35,490 nucleotides of DNA from Catajapyx aquilonaris. Its lineage: Eukaryota. Position numbers and translations under genes: made by a program. Below the pieces are notes generated by a model. The model was not told where the DNA came from. It ran no database searches and saw only the letters and a program-made list of their open reading frames with translations. Shown here one piece after another: positions 21,127 to 33,128 of the stretch. The stretch spans positions 1 through 35,490 of the forward strand of contig KZ539055.1 in the NCBI GenBank assembly GCA_000934665.2, read 5' to 3'. Every line of letters begins with the position of its first letter. Position 1 is the stretch's first letter.

Positions 21127-22429
21127 GGTGGATATGAACCTACTCTCTAGTCAACTGAGTGTCTAGAATGGGAAAGTTAATAAGAAGTGCTAAAATCAAG
21201 GAAACATATGCACATGATGCAGCAGTAAATGCTGTTCAATCCTATGCATTCCATTAGAATCTGCGTTTTAAACTCGATTTAATATGGGCCAATTACCGGC
21301 TGGAAGTTTTTGTGCGCAGTCGCTATTTTCACACCTGCCAACTGTAACATGGTATTTGGAGGTATTCTGAATATTTTTTATTTTGGATGGAAATCAATTT
21401 TATTAGGTCCTAATTACGAGGTCCCACTTTGCCATGGCATTTTTACAGTTCATTTCCGAAAGGGGAGCCTGTAGCTCTTCATTTGTGCCTGATTTGGTAC
21501 GCATTGTGTTGGTATGCGTGTGCACAGATAGAAGTGGCAACGCAGCAAGGTGCCGCCGTCCCTCCCACTCCCTCGTATTCGCCTTCTGTCGCCACCGGAA
21601 CGGCAAAGATTTCGTCCCATTGCGAGTTACTTTCACTTAGCAGTACCAGTGTTGGTACTCGAATAGCTCAGTTAGCAGTAACTAGCAGTGGGATTAAAAT
21701 TCCACCCAAGGTTCTGCAGCAACATAATTGTATTGCATGTTTATCCATATACTATCGAAAGAGAGCGACATAATAACCACTGGCGCACCCACGCCACGGT
21801 GGGAGGGGCGGGGGAGTTGAACGGGTTACCNAAAAAAACGAATTAAAAAACGGGGAAAATTTAGCAACCGGAAACTATGCAGCTATAATGTGTCAGTTAT
21901 AATATGACTAATATAACTATAAACTAATACTTACTAATCTTACAAACACCCCTCCTCCCCCCCCTGCCAAACGAAATCCTGCGTGCGCCATTGTCATAAG
22001 ACTCATAACCATATCACTTGCACTCATATTTCGCTGTCGTATGCAACCGTATCTCGCTACTGTAAACGCGGTGTTGCCACTTCCTTCCTCGCCTGAGGCA
22101 ATGTAATGTCATTGGAGAGTTTTTCGTCGATAACAATTTAAATACCATGGCAAGGTGTCATTTTTTTTTTCAGAATTACTCTCTATACATTATTCCTCAT
22201 ATTTTCATCATTTTAATTTAAAGGTCTTAGATATCTAAGATACTTTCCAGGAAAGTTTTCATTCCCCATAAGCCTCAATGTTAATTGGAAACTTCCGAGT
22301 CACCCTATGAGCTAATTTGCATGGGAAGGGGTAGTTTTTTTGGTGCCATTGGGAAGAAGACCTCTTAAACTATGACGTGTGTAACTTTCATACAGTTGTT
22401 AGATAGTGACCTGTAGGTTCATATCCACC
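21127..22429. mobile_element. Non-autonomous Kolobok-like element
   Basis: TTAA TSD on both sides and a perfect 17-bp TIR GGTGGATATGAACCTAC. A possible nested hAT-like MITE lies at ~21778-21993 without a clean TSD. Confidence 0.78.
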
Positions 22430-22509
22430 TTAATATCACTCCTACAAATTTTCATCAAGAAAAGAAAAAAAAATTGCCAATAAAACTCCACCGTCAAAGG
22501 GTTAACATG

Positions 22510-22980
22510 TGAAGTTTCATGGTGGGTGTGCTTCATACCCTAAACACATGGGTTGGCTACCTGTGAATGCAGTTTACTATGGCAGGTAAAACCTGCTCCT
22601 CTTGTTGTAATAATGTGTGAGAGTACTATGAGACACTTTTAGTAAAGCATTATGCAAAAGAAAATGCAACATACTGCAGGAGAATTCAGCCAAATAAGAT
22701 AAAGACATACACACACCTCCTGATTTAGGCTGTATCATTGGGTAAAGTGGTCCTCACACAGGTGGAACTGATCCCAAACTGAAGGTGAGTAATTCCATGT
22801 CTGACAGACACCCACAACCACCAATAATGTATAATGCTGTACTAAAAGTTTTTACAGTAACATACTCTCACACATTACAAGAGAAGCAGGTCTTTAATAC
22901 CTGTGTCAGAGTAAACTGCATTCACAGCTAGCCAACCCATGTGTTGTTCAGGATATGATGCACACCTAGCATGAAACTTC
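22510..22980. repeat. Degenerate fold-back/MITE with ~150-bp inverted arms
   Basis: GAAGTTTCATG...ACACATGGGTTGGCTACCTGTGAATGCAGTTTACT is mirrored by AGTAAACTGCATTCACAGCTAGCCAACCCATGTGT...CATGAAACTTC. Confidence 0.7.
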
Positions 22981-23384
22981 CTACCTCAAAGGGACAGATG
23001 TTGATGCTCAAGATATTGGGAGGAAGATGAATTATGTCACCTGCTGACTTCATAATTTTACCCGCGACAACCCTTGATGCGGCCATGTTGTAGGTACATT
23101 CAGTGGTTGCATAGGTAGTCTTAAACTTTACATGCTGTCTTAAACTTTTATGAGTGCATCATGATGACTATTTATTTCATTTCTTCCTTCCTTGACCAGT
23201 GGAAAAATATAAATGATACTATGCTGCTCAATGTGAAACTAGTCCTTATCTGCACTAACTTATAAGTGACAAAGGGATGACAGGATTTCTTGCCCATCCT
23301 ACATACATTTAAAATCCAAGTCCTTCAATTAATTATATTATCCTGCAATCTAATATTTAATATGGTAAAAGTGAAGCTGGTTAC

Positions 23385-23604
23385 CTTATCCATTGAATTC
23401 GCTTGTCCTATCACACTGATCCCAAACAGCCCTGCATCAGCATAGCACACACTGAATGCAGAAGCAGCAAATGGCTCACTCGTGACACCAGCAATGGCCT
23501 GTGTCAACTTGGCTCCAGCACCACTTCCATATTTTACACTGGGACCACTTCCCAAAACTTGCTGCAACACTGCCAGGGTCAACACATTCTTCATCCGTGA
23601 GTAA
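23385..23604 (-). CDS. UQCRC2: UQCRC2 exon (YSRMKNVLTLAVLQQVLGSGPSVKYG...YADAGLFG...MDK)
   Basis: cttaag acceptor, gtaacc donor, 220 nt, phase 2/0. Contains the conserved VLQxxLGxGPxVKxG and YxDxGLFG motifs. Confidence 0.93.
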
Positions 23605-23684
23605 CTTAAGAAATTAAAGTTTGATATCAGTTACAAATGTAAATATTAGCTTACAATACACAAAATACACCAACTCCAGCCCAC

Positions 23685-23896
23685 CTTGCTCCCTCAGTGG
23701 CAAGGACAACATATGCCAGCTCGCCTCCAGTGTTCTTCCGTATTTCACCACCAGCATACTTTGATGAACTCTGTGGACCTGCTCCTCCTTCCACAGACAA
23801 TCCTTCTGCAAATTTCACCAACTGGGAATGATCTGTACCCCAACCCACTACAGCTGATCGACCAGCTGTGCAATGCTGGTTCACGAAGTCTTTCAG
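23685..23896 (-). CDS. UQCRC2: UQCRC2 exon (LKDFVNQH...KYAGGEIR...ATEGA)
   Basis: Polypyrimidine-ctgtag acceptor, gtgggc donor, 212 nt, phase 0/2; KYxGGEIR motif. Confidence 0.95.
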
Positions 23897-23963
23897 CTAC
23901 AGGGGGAAAAGAAGAGGTTAAAACAAAATTGAAGATAGGTCTTTAAAAGTTGCCCTTTCTCAC

Positions 23964-24065
23964 CGTTTCTGAATCATGCGTTCCCAGCTTGTACTTAGGG
24001 CAATACAGGGAGTTGCCCAGTCCTGACCTGAAGGCAGCTTTGTGAAGAAACTCAAAAGCTGCAAC
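23964..24065 (-). CDS. UQCRC2: UQCRC2 exon (VAAFEFLHKAAFRSGLGNSLYCPKYKLGTHDSET)
   Basis: ttcacag acceptor, gtgaga donor, 102 nt, phase 0/0; ExLHxAAF...LGNSLYCP motif. Too short for the ORF track. Confidence 0.96.
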
Positions 24066-25995
24066 CTGTGAAACATTAAAAATGTACAATTATTCTTTTG
24101 TTTCTGTGTGTGACACATTGGGGAAAAAATTCAAGTCACATTTGAAGGTCAAATAAGTCTCTCAAATACAGGAAGAGTGGGGGTGGACAGATCTGCCCTA
24201 ATCTCAAGGGATGAGAATTGGTGTATTTACTGTAACTGTGGGGACATGACCCAATCATGGGGACATTTTTGGCCCCCAGTTAAAACACTCTGGTGTGGTA
24301 CTGCTTTAGTAGGGACATGTCCCCACAACTGAGTTTATGAAAATTCCATTTTTCTCAGCTAAGGTTAGGTAGAGTAGATTAGGTTAGAGAAAAGTTGTGT
24401 GATCAATGTCCCCTGAGCTTAGGCCAGACAAGTCTGTGTGAATGTGTGTGTGTTTGCAATAGAAAAAGGAAGGCAATAATTTCTTTAAGGATTACAGGCT
24501 GGTTCCATTACAATCCAGACAGAGGGTGCCCAGTCATGGTCTTCGATTTAAAAAATATATATATATATATATATATATGTGAAACCCACATGCAATTGAA
24601 CCCGTATGGAGCAATCAGTTTTATGAGATTAAATTTAGTTATCGAGATATTAATATTTCTTTCAAGGGGTACCAAAATAACCTTCACGGGAAGGTGCACT
24701 TTTTCCATTGCTTTCAATGAGTATAATTCGGGAACCGTTCTGAAAACCAATATGAAATTTTAAACTCATGCTTTTGGAAGAACACGCTGTTATGTAATGC
24801 ATAAATTTACCTTATTTAATGGTACAGTCACCTGCAAAAAAATCTCCAACACTGCATATTTTGGCCAAAATTCGCATATTTCGCAATTTATTACGGCGTT
24901 ATGGTAAACGTGACGGTTATGCCGATTATATTTTGTGATATACTCGGTGACCCCTTAAAGGCTATGCAATAAAACCTTTGCTAGCTCCGCGTGTAATTGA
25001 GATATGCGAGGTGAAAATATGGCCAGAAGCGAAAACACGCATATTTCAAAAATTATTTTCTCAAAAAAGCCATTTTATATTTTTTATATATTTTTTTATT
25101 TTACACGGACAGACAGGTTTTAAAATGAGGTAGTGTCAAAACCGGTGCATACCTTTTGCAAGTGAGATACAATTTTTTTTCAGATGACCAATTTCGTCTT
25201 TGTGCTACAATATAAATATTTTATCGAAGAAGCCATTTTAAATATTTAATCGTTATTTTTTTGTATAAAAGTAGCATGGGTTCTATTATAAAATTATATC
25301 AAAATTCGGTATGCACAATGCCGTAATTTACTGGTACAGTCATCTTCAAAAAAAATCGCCAAAAGTGCTTGTTTTGCTGAAAATTCACTTAATACGCAAT
25401 TTATTATGGAGTTACTATTAAGGTTATACAAATGAAACCAATTATGTACAACGTTGTTAAAGGGCATGTTGTAAGGACAAATATCATTAATATCTGCATT
25501 CAAAGAAGAGATACACCTTGTCCAAGTATGGTCATATGAGAAAACAGGCCTGAAAAATACATTTTTTATTCAAAAATGCCATTTTTTATTGATTTTATTT
25601 TCATTTGTGTAGATAATTACGCTCTCTTTCAAAAGATATAGTGTGAAAAAAAGAAAGCTTGTGACAATTTACATATTTGTCATGAAGTGGGTTTAACCCA
25701 GAGCAACATTCAAAATATATAATTCAAGTACTATGCATATGCCCCGGGTATGTAATATATCTGTATATTCACTTGAAGCGTATTCTTGTAATTTCTGCTC
25801 AACCTCATTTTTACCGGCACGCTTTTCCATGCAGAATAATGATGGTTTATACTGTATATACTGCCTGTTCCAAGTATTAGGGTTGTTTTCAGTTATCGCT
25901 AATATCACATGTAGTTGTAATTTTTGGGTAGCTTGTTGTGCCCCAATTCAGGTGCCCAATTATTCCCAAGTGATCTAATATAGTAGCTGGTATAT

Positions 25996-26913
25996 CCTCC
26001 TGAGACCCGAGAAGAATTGAGTAAAATGTAATGTTACTTCCTATTGCATTTTCTGAACCTTTTCCCAATAAAAAACCATAAAAAATTTCTAGTTCCAAAA
26101 TATTGACAAAAATCATGACAAACAACCAATGAGAACATTAGGACCCAATTGCTGTTACAAAAGCAGAACGGATGAAATCTGGAAATTTAAATGCCACTTA
26201 ATGGATCACTAACCTAGTGCTCTCTCTCCTCCAAACAATTTTTTTTTTTTAAATTCATTCGTGGAATTCGTGGTAGAAATTCGTCTCACAGTCAGAAAAC
26301 AATTAAAGATAAACTGCAATTATTTTTGAATGGCTCCACTCTAGGCATTGGGGCTTGCTCCTTCCCTTCTCACCCCCTAGCATGGTCCCTCGCTATTCTA
26401 GATTTTAAAACTGAACTGTATAATGCAAAGCACACTTCCTTATGGGTGTATAGGTACAGGCACTTAAAGAAAAGTCACAGCCCATTCAGCTAAAAAAAAA
26501 CTTTTTCGGATGTCCATTGAAATGGACATTTGGTCTCAGGAAGAAAAAAAAAAAATCTCCAGTTCTCTAGAGCAACAAAGATTGCCACAGACACATCTTT
26601 TCATATTTCCGAATACACATTCCTTGCGAATCCCAGGACATTCTGCACTGACGAAAATTGCACTCTACATATGAGTAATAAAATAACATTTATCAGATGA
26701 GCACCTAGCTTCAGCAGCGGCATCCGCCATTTTCATGAATGATTTCATTTTTGCCAAAGTCGGATATTCGACACTAGGTGGCTACACCTATTGAAGCCAG
26801 ATTGTAATCATGGGATACCAACAGATTACAGTTCTGTTGGCATGACTAGTTGGCACCGAAAAAAAAAATTCCTGATGTCGACATACTGTATGACAACATC
26901 AGGTCTCAGCAGG
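25996..26913. mobile_element. Non-autonomous DNA transposon with CCTCCTGAGACC termini (piggyBac-like?)
   Basis: ATAT|CCTCCTGAGACC ... GGTCTCAGCAGG|GTAT, with an internal copy GGTCTCAGGA at ~26532. Confidence 0.45.
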
Positions 26914-26919
26914 GTATAA

Positions 26920-27082
26920 GGCCGTGTTTACATGTGAGCAATTTGATCAGCGATGAGCATTGCTGAGCGATGAAATGAATTTTTTGGGAGCAGAAATCTA
27001 TTGCTACTTTTGCTCCAAACAATTGGTTTCATTGCTCAGCGATGCTCATCACTAAACGAATAGCTGGCATGTAAATGCGGCT
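26920..27082. mobile_element. Palindromic PIF/Harbinger-type MITE
   Basis: TAA|GGCCGTGTTTACATG ... CATGTAAATGCGGCT|TAA; inner IR GATGAGCATTGCTGAGCGATGAAA/TTTCATTGCTCAGCGATGCTCATC. Confidence 0.75.
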
Positions 27083-27223
27083 TAATAGGGCAACTGGATC
27101 AGGGTGCAACAAGCTACAAAAATATAACAGCTCTGTGAGAAATTTCCCATAACAAAGCAACCTGCATACTTGGAACAGTGATATACATCATTTTTACAAT
27201 TCATTAGATTCAAAAATATTTAC

Positions 27224-27338
27224 CTGTGGGTCCATCAGAGCAACTTCTAACTTCAACCTAGGCCAGTTGTCTGAAATTTCCCATGGATGAAATGCAGGTG
27301 CAGTGTAGACTTGACTCAAGTAGTACAATCCATCATCC
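27224..27338 (-). CDS. UQCRC2: UQCRC2 exon (DDGLYYLSQVYTAPAFHPWEISDNWPRLKLEVALMDPQ)
   Basis: tcttgtag acceptor, gtaaat donor, 115 nt, phase 2/0; PxFxPWE motif. Confidence 0.95.
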
Positions 27339-27384
27339 CTACAAGAGGTTCAATACGTTCAATATTTACGGTAATATTAACAAC

Positions 27385-27385
<1 letters not shown>

Positions 27386-27457
<72 letters not shown>

Positions 27458-27466
27458 TAAAATAAA

Positions 27467-27520
<54 letters not shown>
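27386..27520. repeat. Interrupted (AAT)n microsatellite
   Basis: Two long AAT runs separated by ~20 nt of A-rich sequence. Confidence 0.98.
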
Positions 27521-27521
<1 letters not shown>

Positions 27522-28325
27522 GGGAGGCGAAGTGGTGCTGCGGTAACGTACGCGCCCACGGATGTTAAGGTCCCGGGTTCGATCCCAGCCCGGGGACACC
27601 CCCTTCATCTCGTGCAGAGTTCAGGGTCACCTCTGGCTTCGTCTCGGGTGGTATTTCCCACAGACTAAACCACCCGGGGGAGTTCACTAAAAATGGCCAC
27701 GTTTAACCCTTAACTACGTAGGTGGGTGAAACACCTTTAACTACGTAGGTGGAGCCTGAGAGGCTCCAACGGTATATTTAAATTTCTGCTTATCAACTAA
27801 ATTGTTATATTGGACTTTCCACATACAGAAAGTGCAGTTCAGATCATTAGGCTTCCGATAACATAAAAATCACACGCTGAGTCAGCATATTCCGACAGGG
27901 AAAAATTCTTAATTAAAAGGTTACATCATGCTTCAGCCGCTCAGGCTTCACCTACATAGGTAGAGCCAGTATAGAGTCCAGGAGGGACCTGTTCCTCGTT
28001 ACGAATTTTTTTAAACCAAACAATAGGGACTAATTTTTTTTTTCTTTCCTTTTCATGCTTAGGAAGGTTTGTCTGACAAAGTCACGGAAGGACAGGGGGA
28101 GATAAAATTCGATGAAAAAGTTACATGCGTTTAAATAGTGCTTGGAGCCTCTCAGGCTCCACCTACGTAGTTAAGGGTTAAGACATTGCACTGCACCTTG
28201 CACATCCCCTCCTGTCATCCTGCCCGTGGGCCCGGGCGTTACGTATAATGGTTCCAATATATGTACGAGACATAAATAAAGGTCGGTGCTATATACCTCT
28301 GATGAGGTCAAGCACTACCCGGATT
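27521..28325 (+). mobile_element. tRNA-derived SINE (family B, copy 2), split by a piggyBac-type MITE
   Basis: Homologous to 18521-18857; intact B box GGTTCGATCCC; the body resumes at 28182 (GACATTGCACTGCACC); flanked by (AAT)n on both sides. Confidence 0.88.
27707..28177. mobile_element. piggyBac-type MITE
   Basis: TTAA TSD (27703-27706, 28178-28181), perfect 19-bp TIR CCCTTAACTACGTAGGTGG and a ~33-bp internal IR including GGAGCCTGAGAGGCTCC. Confidence 0.92.
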
Positions 28326-28644
28326 ATAATAATAATAATAATAAAACAAACAACATCACGACATTTCCCTATGAGGAGTAGTCTGCGATGAAGGGAGACG
28401 CAAGCTAACCCAACATGTGAACTAAATTAACCATAATAAGACGGGTGGTTTTCGCGTTTTTGCAAGGATCTGCAAAAAATTCGCTTGCTTTGTCACTTGG
28501 GGGACGAGATTTGAATACACTAGTGAATAAGATCGTCTAGTGTTCAGGCTTGATCCTGAGGCCTTCTATGTGACCCTCCTCTCATACCATACGCAATGGA
28601 AATTCTCAAATGCACAACTAGGTGGCGCAGGGGGTTTGTTTCGC

Positions 28645-28910
28645 GCCTACTCCACTTTCATTACCGTTTCAAGACCCCAAAAATATCCCCTAGAGAACCA
28701 AAAACTTTAGTGATTACCAGGACCATAGTTAACATAAATGTGTGACTTTTGGTGACAAGGCCCATCTCCTTGCACCAGCCTACTCCACTTTCATTACCGT
28801 TTCAAGACCCCAAAAATATCCCCTAGAGAACCAAAAACTTTAGTGATTACCAGGACCATAGTTAACATAAATGTGTGACTTTTGGTGACAAGGCCCATCT
28901 CCTTGCACCA
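28645..28910. repeat. Perfect 133-bp tandem duplication
   Basis: 28645-28777 and 28778-28910 appear identical on base-by-base reading. Confidence 0.93.
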
Positions 28911-29822
28911 TCCCACAATGGTCCACATACCTCCAAGGTGTATGGAAAAAAAGCCCTCTTATATACAGGGAGAAGGAATTCTTGCGGACAATCGCCAGTG
29001 ATAGCCCTCATATAACTAATATAGGGATGTGGAAGTAGTTTTCGGCTCCATTGCATATAGTTAATGCGTCCGGCACCTTTCAAGCTTCAGGACGTCACAT
29101 CCACTCCGTCTGCGTCAAAGAAGAAAAAGTCAGCTCGAGGCCCTCCTAATAATCCAGCCTTGAGCCTGTAACTCATCATCCATGTGCAATAGGTGATGAA
29201 ATCCTGTCAGAGTAAGAACCCAGGTGCGACACCTGTGCACTTTGTCATTGTTTACCTGATATGCTACCACCTGACACTCTACACTTTAAAGATGCCGTAC
29301 ATATTGACTAAGCGCCTATATTAGTTTTGCAGTAGTACTATCAGTCTACCAGGTGATTGTCCGCGAGAATCATTTCTTGTCAATTGCTCATCTCTGCCAT
29401 ACTCCCGGCCTGCTTTCGAGTCCCTCCCTGCACTTCCACCATCGGTCTCAGGCCACACCCCGCCAGGATACAGCAAACCTATCAGCTCAGCAGAGCCTCC
29501 CCACCGTTGCCACATCACTCGCAAGCCCCCCAATTCTCCACACCAGTCTGCCCTCTCCCCAAGCCAAACCTCAGTCGGCAGGGTGAACTTCAAGCCCTGT
29601 ACATATGATACACCTTTTCAAGTTATATGCGGGATAAGCTTCTCTGGGGAGCAGGGAAACCATATGGTATATGCAGGAAAGCGCTATGAACAAAAAGTGA
29701 TACAAGCGGGAAAATTTACCACTGGGCCTTACGGGGCTGATCAGGGACCAGGAAAAAGGGAGGGCATTAAAAGCAGCAGCGTTATATCGAGGTTTACCTG
29801 TACATTATAGTAACATACTCAC

Positions 29823-30014
29823 AGGTGCTGCCTGGTGCATTTTAATGTGTATGACAGATGCTCCCGTCCACTGCTGCAGCTCAGGACACCCCCAATCTGC
29901 TGAAGATTGCGTGTGATTCCAAACTGTGTAGCATCCTTGGTTGATAGCCCAGCAGAAATCCGCAAGGCATGTGATACACCAAGATTTGCAGAATTCTCAA
30001 AACGGGATCCAGCC
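29823..30014 (-). CDS. UQCRC2: UQCRC2 exon (AGSRFENSANLGVSHALR...GITRNLQQIGG...REHLSYTLKCTRQH)
   Basis: attttag acceptor, gtgagt donor, 192 nt, phase 2/2. AGSRxE...LGxxHxLR lacks the HxxEH zinc motif, as expected for core 2 rather than MPP-beta. Confidence 0.96.
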
Positions 30015-30803
30015 CTAAAATGACAATTGTTGAATAAGACAAAAGGTGACTTCGCTTACACATGCTTGATGTTATTAACTAACCGCAAGATCTAATAAAA
30101 TCCCCAGTAATGTTAGACATTTCAAATTGATAGAAATACTAGCAAAAAAAAGCAACACTGACTGTTTTCATTCGAAGCAATATGCCAATCCATCATGAAG
30201 AATTATGTCCTAGAAAAGACCTATTTTTGGCCAAGTGACGCACTCTTATATTTTCTGCTTCTCCTGCACAAGTCATACATTCTGACTCCAGAATTTTGTT
30301 TTCTAAAGTTAGTCATAAACCCTTTGTCTCCCACTGGACTCTGCACTGTTTCGGTGGGGGTTTTAAAAAAGCCACCTAGGTGAAAATCACTGCTTCTGGC
30401 ACCATTGGATTCGTTCTCGATTCATGCACAAGATGAGGCTGAAGCGTCTGAGACTTTCAAACCTGATTTGCATCTTGAGGGAGCCACATACTGCCTCATA
30501 CGCTATGCACGAGAAGGTGATGTCACCCTATTGCAACATCGACACAGTAATTTTTAGGCAGTTTCCACCCCTCGAAAAAATCAGAGATAATTCTATATGA
30601 TTGCTGAGACCCTCTGATGAATTATGAAAACATTAAGTGAGGGCTTCTCTTCCATAACGAGGTAAGTGCCAAAAATGAAATTTTACAGGGGAAGGTTTTT
30701 TCCATTTTGTGAGGAAACCTGTGTACCTTGAGGACTACAATTTTTATTTAAAAAACCATACAACAATACTAACCAAAATAACACCTCAAATATTATGCTT
30801 GTA

Positions 30804-30804
<1 letters not shown>

Positions 30805-30849
<45 letters not shown>

Positions 30850-31148
30850 TTTTTTGTTTGTTACCCCGCACTCGAGGCATTGCGGCTCATTTTGGGGGGA
30901 GGGGAAAGGTTCCCAGGGGGGGGCATCCTTGGTTTATAGTCACTCNATAGTCACTCACTCATGACTCTCTCAGATCACCAGACCTTTTCTCTGGCCCCGG
31001 GCAGCTAAGGGAGTGCAATGCTGCCCCGGCGTGTCGGGTGTAAAGCGGAAAAAGACCCGGCCAAGCAGAGGTGACGGGGACGGGATTTGAACCCCGGCCT
31101 CCTGCTTGGCTAGTCAGTGGCGTAACCACTAGACTACCACGCCTCCCT
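30805..31148 (-). mobile_element. Full-length tRNA-derived SINE (family C) nested in the Sola element
   Basis: 14-bp TSD TATTATGCTTGTAT (30791-30804, 31149-31162); A box TAGTCTAGTGG, B box GGTTCAAATCC; A-rich/(AAT)n tail. Confidence 0.88.
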
Positions 31149-31545
31149 TATTATGCTTGTATTAAAACGTATAGTAGGAAAAAATTTGCAAAAAAAGGAA
31201 AAAAGTTCCAAAACGAGGTAAGTGCCACATTGGATTGCAACCAAAACGAGGCAAGTGCCACATTGGGTTGCAATGAGAATCAGTATAATAACTTAAGATG
31301 AGAAACTAAAGGAGGTTTTCAAGTTGAAAGAGAGTTGAAAAAAGCATGAAAGAGCTTCTCTTTGTGTCTTGTAGCAAGTGAGTGGCATTTACATGATACC
31401 TGTAATGGCTTAAGTATTATATTAGTGGCTATAACCGTGGCATACAAAATTGCTGTTCATGCATTGTTGTTGTGGAATCATGGAGCTGCAGACCTCTTAT
31501 TTATATTTTGTCAATATTTTATAAAAATGTGGAGGATGATACTAA

Positions 31546-31794
31546 TTATGTAACAGAGGAATAAAACGTGGAGCGCTCTGGCCACACCTGCACTGGGAGT
31601 GGCTTTGCCTTTCTTTCCTCTCCCGTGTATGTGTAACTTGTGCCAGTATTGCGGTGCTTCTTCCGAATGTTTTTTCCCCATATCTCTGGATTGGAGCGTT
31701 TCTTCGGACATCCTGTTGTCCCTTTCTCAGCAGCAGATGAGGCCGCAGTTGAGGCCGCAAAGGAAGCAATGTCCTCCGTAATCTCTCTTGGCAT
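31546..31794 (-). pseudogene. N-terminal remnant of a putative Sola-type transposase
   Basis: KKRSNPEIWGKNIRKKHRNTGTSY basic motif, followed in an adjacent frame by QCRC; lies inside the Sola TIRs. Confidence 0.55.
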
Positions 31795-32967
31795 TTGCCT
31801 CGTTCTAACCCGTTGTATGAGTGATGGCTGAAAACTTTCGGTATCGATACTTTCGGAATGGAGGCTCGTAGGACAGCCACGTTTTTAGGGCAACTGCAGG
31901 GTGGCATTTGCAGTGAGAAAACAAACAAATTATTTTCCGCAAAAATGGCACTTACCACGTTATGGAAGAGCACCCCTCAAGTGTCTGGTTAAATTTTTTT
32001 AAAGGTTTGGTTTAAAAGGAGGTAATGTGAGCCACCAGGTGCAACAAAAGGCGGCTCTGGTGGCAAGCAGCCACCGCCTAAAGCTCGGAGCAGTCCACCC
32101 AGCCAATTTGGAGCGAGGCCACTCTCGCGGCCCCAATGGCGCCAGAGGAGTTTGCCTATATTTGACAGATTGCTCTGATTTTTTCCCTGGCGAAAAGTAA
32201 GTTGCAAATTGCTGGAATTTTTGACTGGTTTTCAGCTGCACATCCACTTACCAGGAAATATTTGGCAGGGAGCTATGTGTATTTAAATTTGTGCAGGAAG
32301 CATTTGTTTACAAGGAATGAGACCTTTGGCCTATGACGTCAAGCCATTAAAAATATCACGCGCATGGCATAAATACTCATGAACATAGAAACTAGAAGTT
32401 ACCTAAGGCTATGGCAAAAAAAAATTCTGTCCGGGTTATACCAGTGAATAAGTCCAGGTCAAATGAACCAAAAACCTTGGCATGTGACAAGCAGTGACGA
32501 ATAATAGTCGGGAAGGAGGGTGTGAAAGAAAATGATGCAAAAATTACTTGGAATCCATTGTTGACATAAATGTACTATTCGCAAGACAAACTATGTAACC
32601 TGTATTGCACAACCAACCTTTAATCTCATCATTACTCAACACACACACACAATCAATCACAGCATTTTCCCAAAATGGGGTTGCCAGCGATGACCAGGTA
32701 CATTCACCTGATCATCTCGTACGACCATTACAATGGATCCTCCAGTGACTGGTCAGGCCACATAGAATTACTCAACATAACCCTGCTAAAGGTGTGTTCC
32801 CAAGCTGGAGAGAATAAGGTGTAGCTGAAGAGTGAACAAGACCAAAAAGCATATTCTAGAACCCCAATTGTCTTCTTGCTCATGCTACAAAGTCTCAAAT
32901 TCACTTCAAAACTCTCATTCTCATGAAATTGGGAACACACGTAAAGTGTTAACAGAAAGCTACTAAC

Positions 32968-33128
32968 CTTGAGAATATGGCTACCCTGGAGAGGGGACTG
33001 TATGTTTCCACTGATGCAACAATCAGTCCATTGGGCAAAGTAGAGGTCTTTACTGCTTCTTTCTGAACAGTGTAGGTTGGGGATGATGGGCTCGACTTGG
33101 CTGCAGGTTGAGCTGCATAGCTTCTTTT
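32968..33128 (-). CDS. UQCRC2: UQCRC2 exon (KRSYAAQPAA...TLPNGLIVASVETYSPLSRVAIFS)
   Basis: tttccag acceptor, gttagt donor, 161 nt, phase 0/2. Presequence cleavage-like RSY|A and the LPNGLxVAS motif. Confidence 0.95.

Larger units (their letters stand above)
30639..31978 (-). mobile_element. Internally deleted Sola-type transposon
   Basis: 4-bp TSD AAGT; 33-bp TIR GAGGGCTTCTCTTCCATAACGAGGTAAGTGCCA / TGGCACTTACCACGTTATGGAAGAGCACCCCTC; the TIR core is repeated in a 33-bp tandem pair at 31208-31273. Confidence 0.82.

Noticed and set aside
23021..23086. Peptide AASRVVAGKIMKSAGDIIHLP resembling the missing UQCRC2 C-terminus
   Set aside because: It is upstream of the preceding exon (wrong order), has no AG acceptor and lacks the PY.DEL-stop end. 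Probably chance.
24586..25691. AT-rich segment bounded by AAA|CCCAC...GTGGG|TTT as a transposon
   Set aside because: The terminal match is only ~8 bp. It looks repeat-derived, but boundaries and family cannot be supported.
27283..27559. Poly-N/I/Y ORFs in the ORF track
   Set aside because: They are translations of the (AAT)n microsatellite.
28299..28320. CTGATGAG as a hammerhead ribozyme core (similar motifs at ~4595 and ~30614)
   Set aside because: No properly placed stem II plus GAAA and no stems I/III; the homologous SINE copy lacks the motif.
31208..31273. 33-bp direct repeats as a CRISPR-like array
   Set aside because: Only two adjacent copies with no spacer, in eukaryotic context; explained as transposon subterminal repeats.
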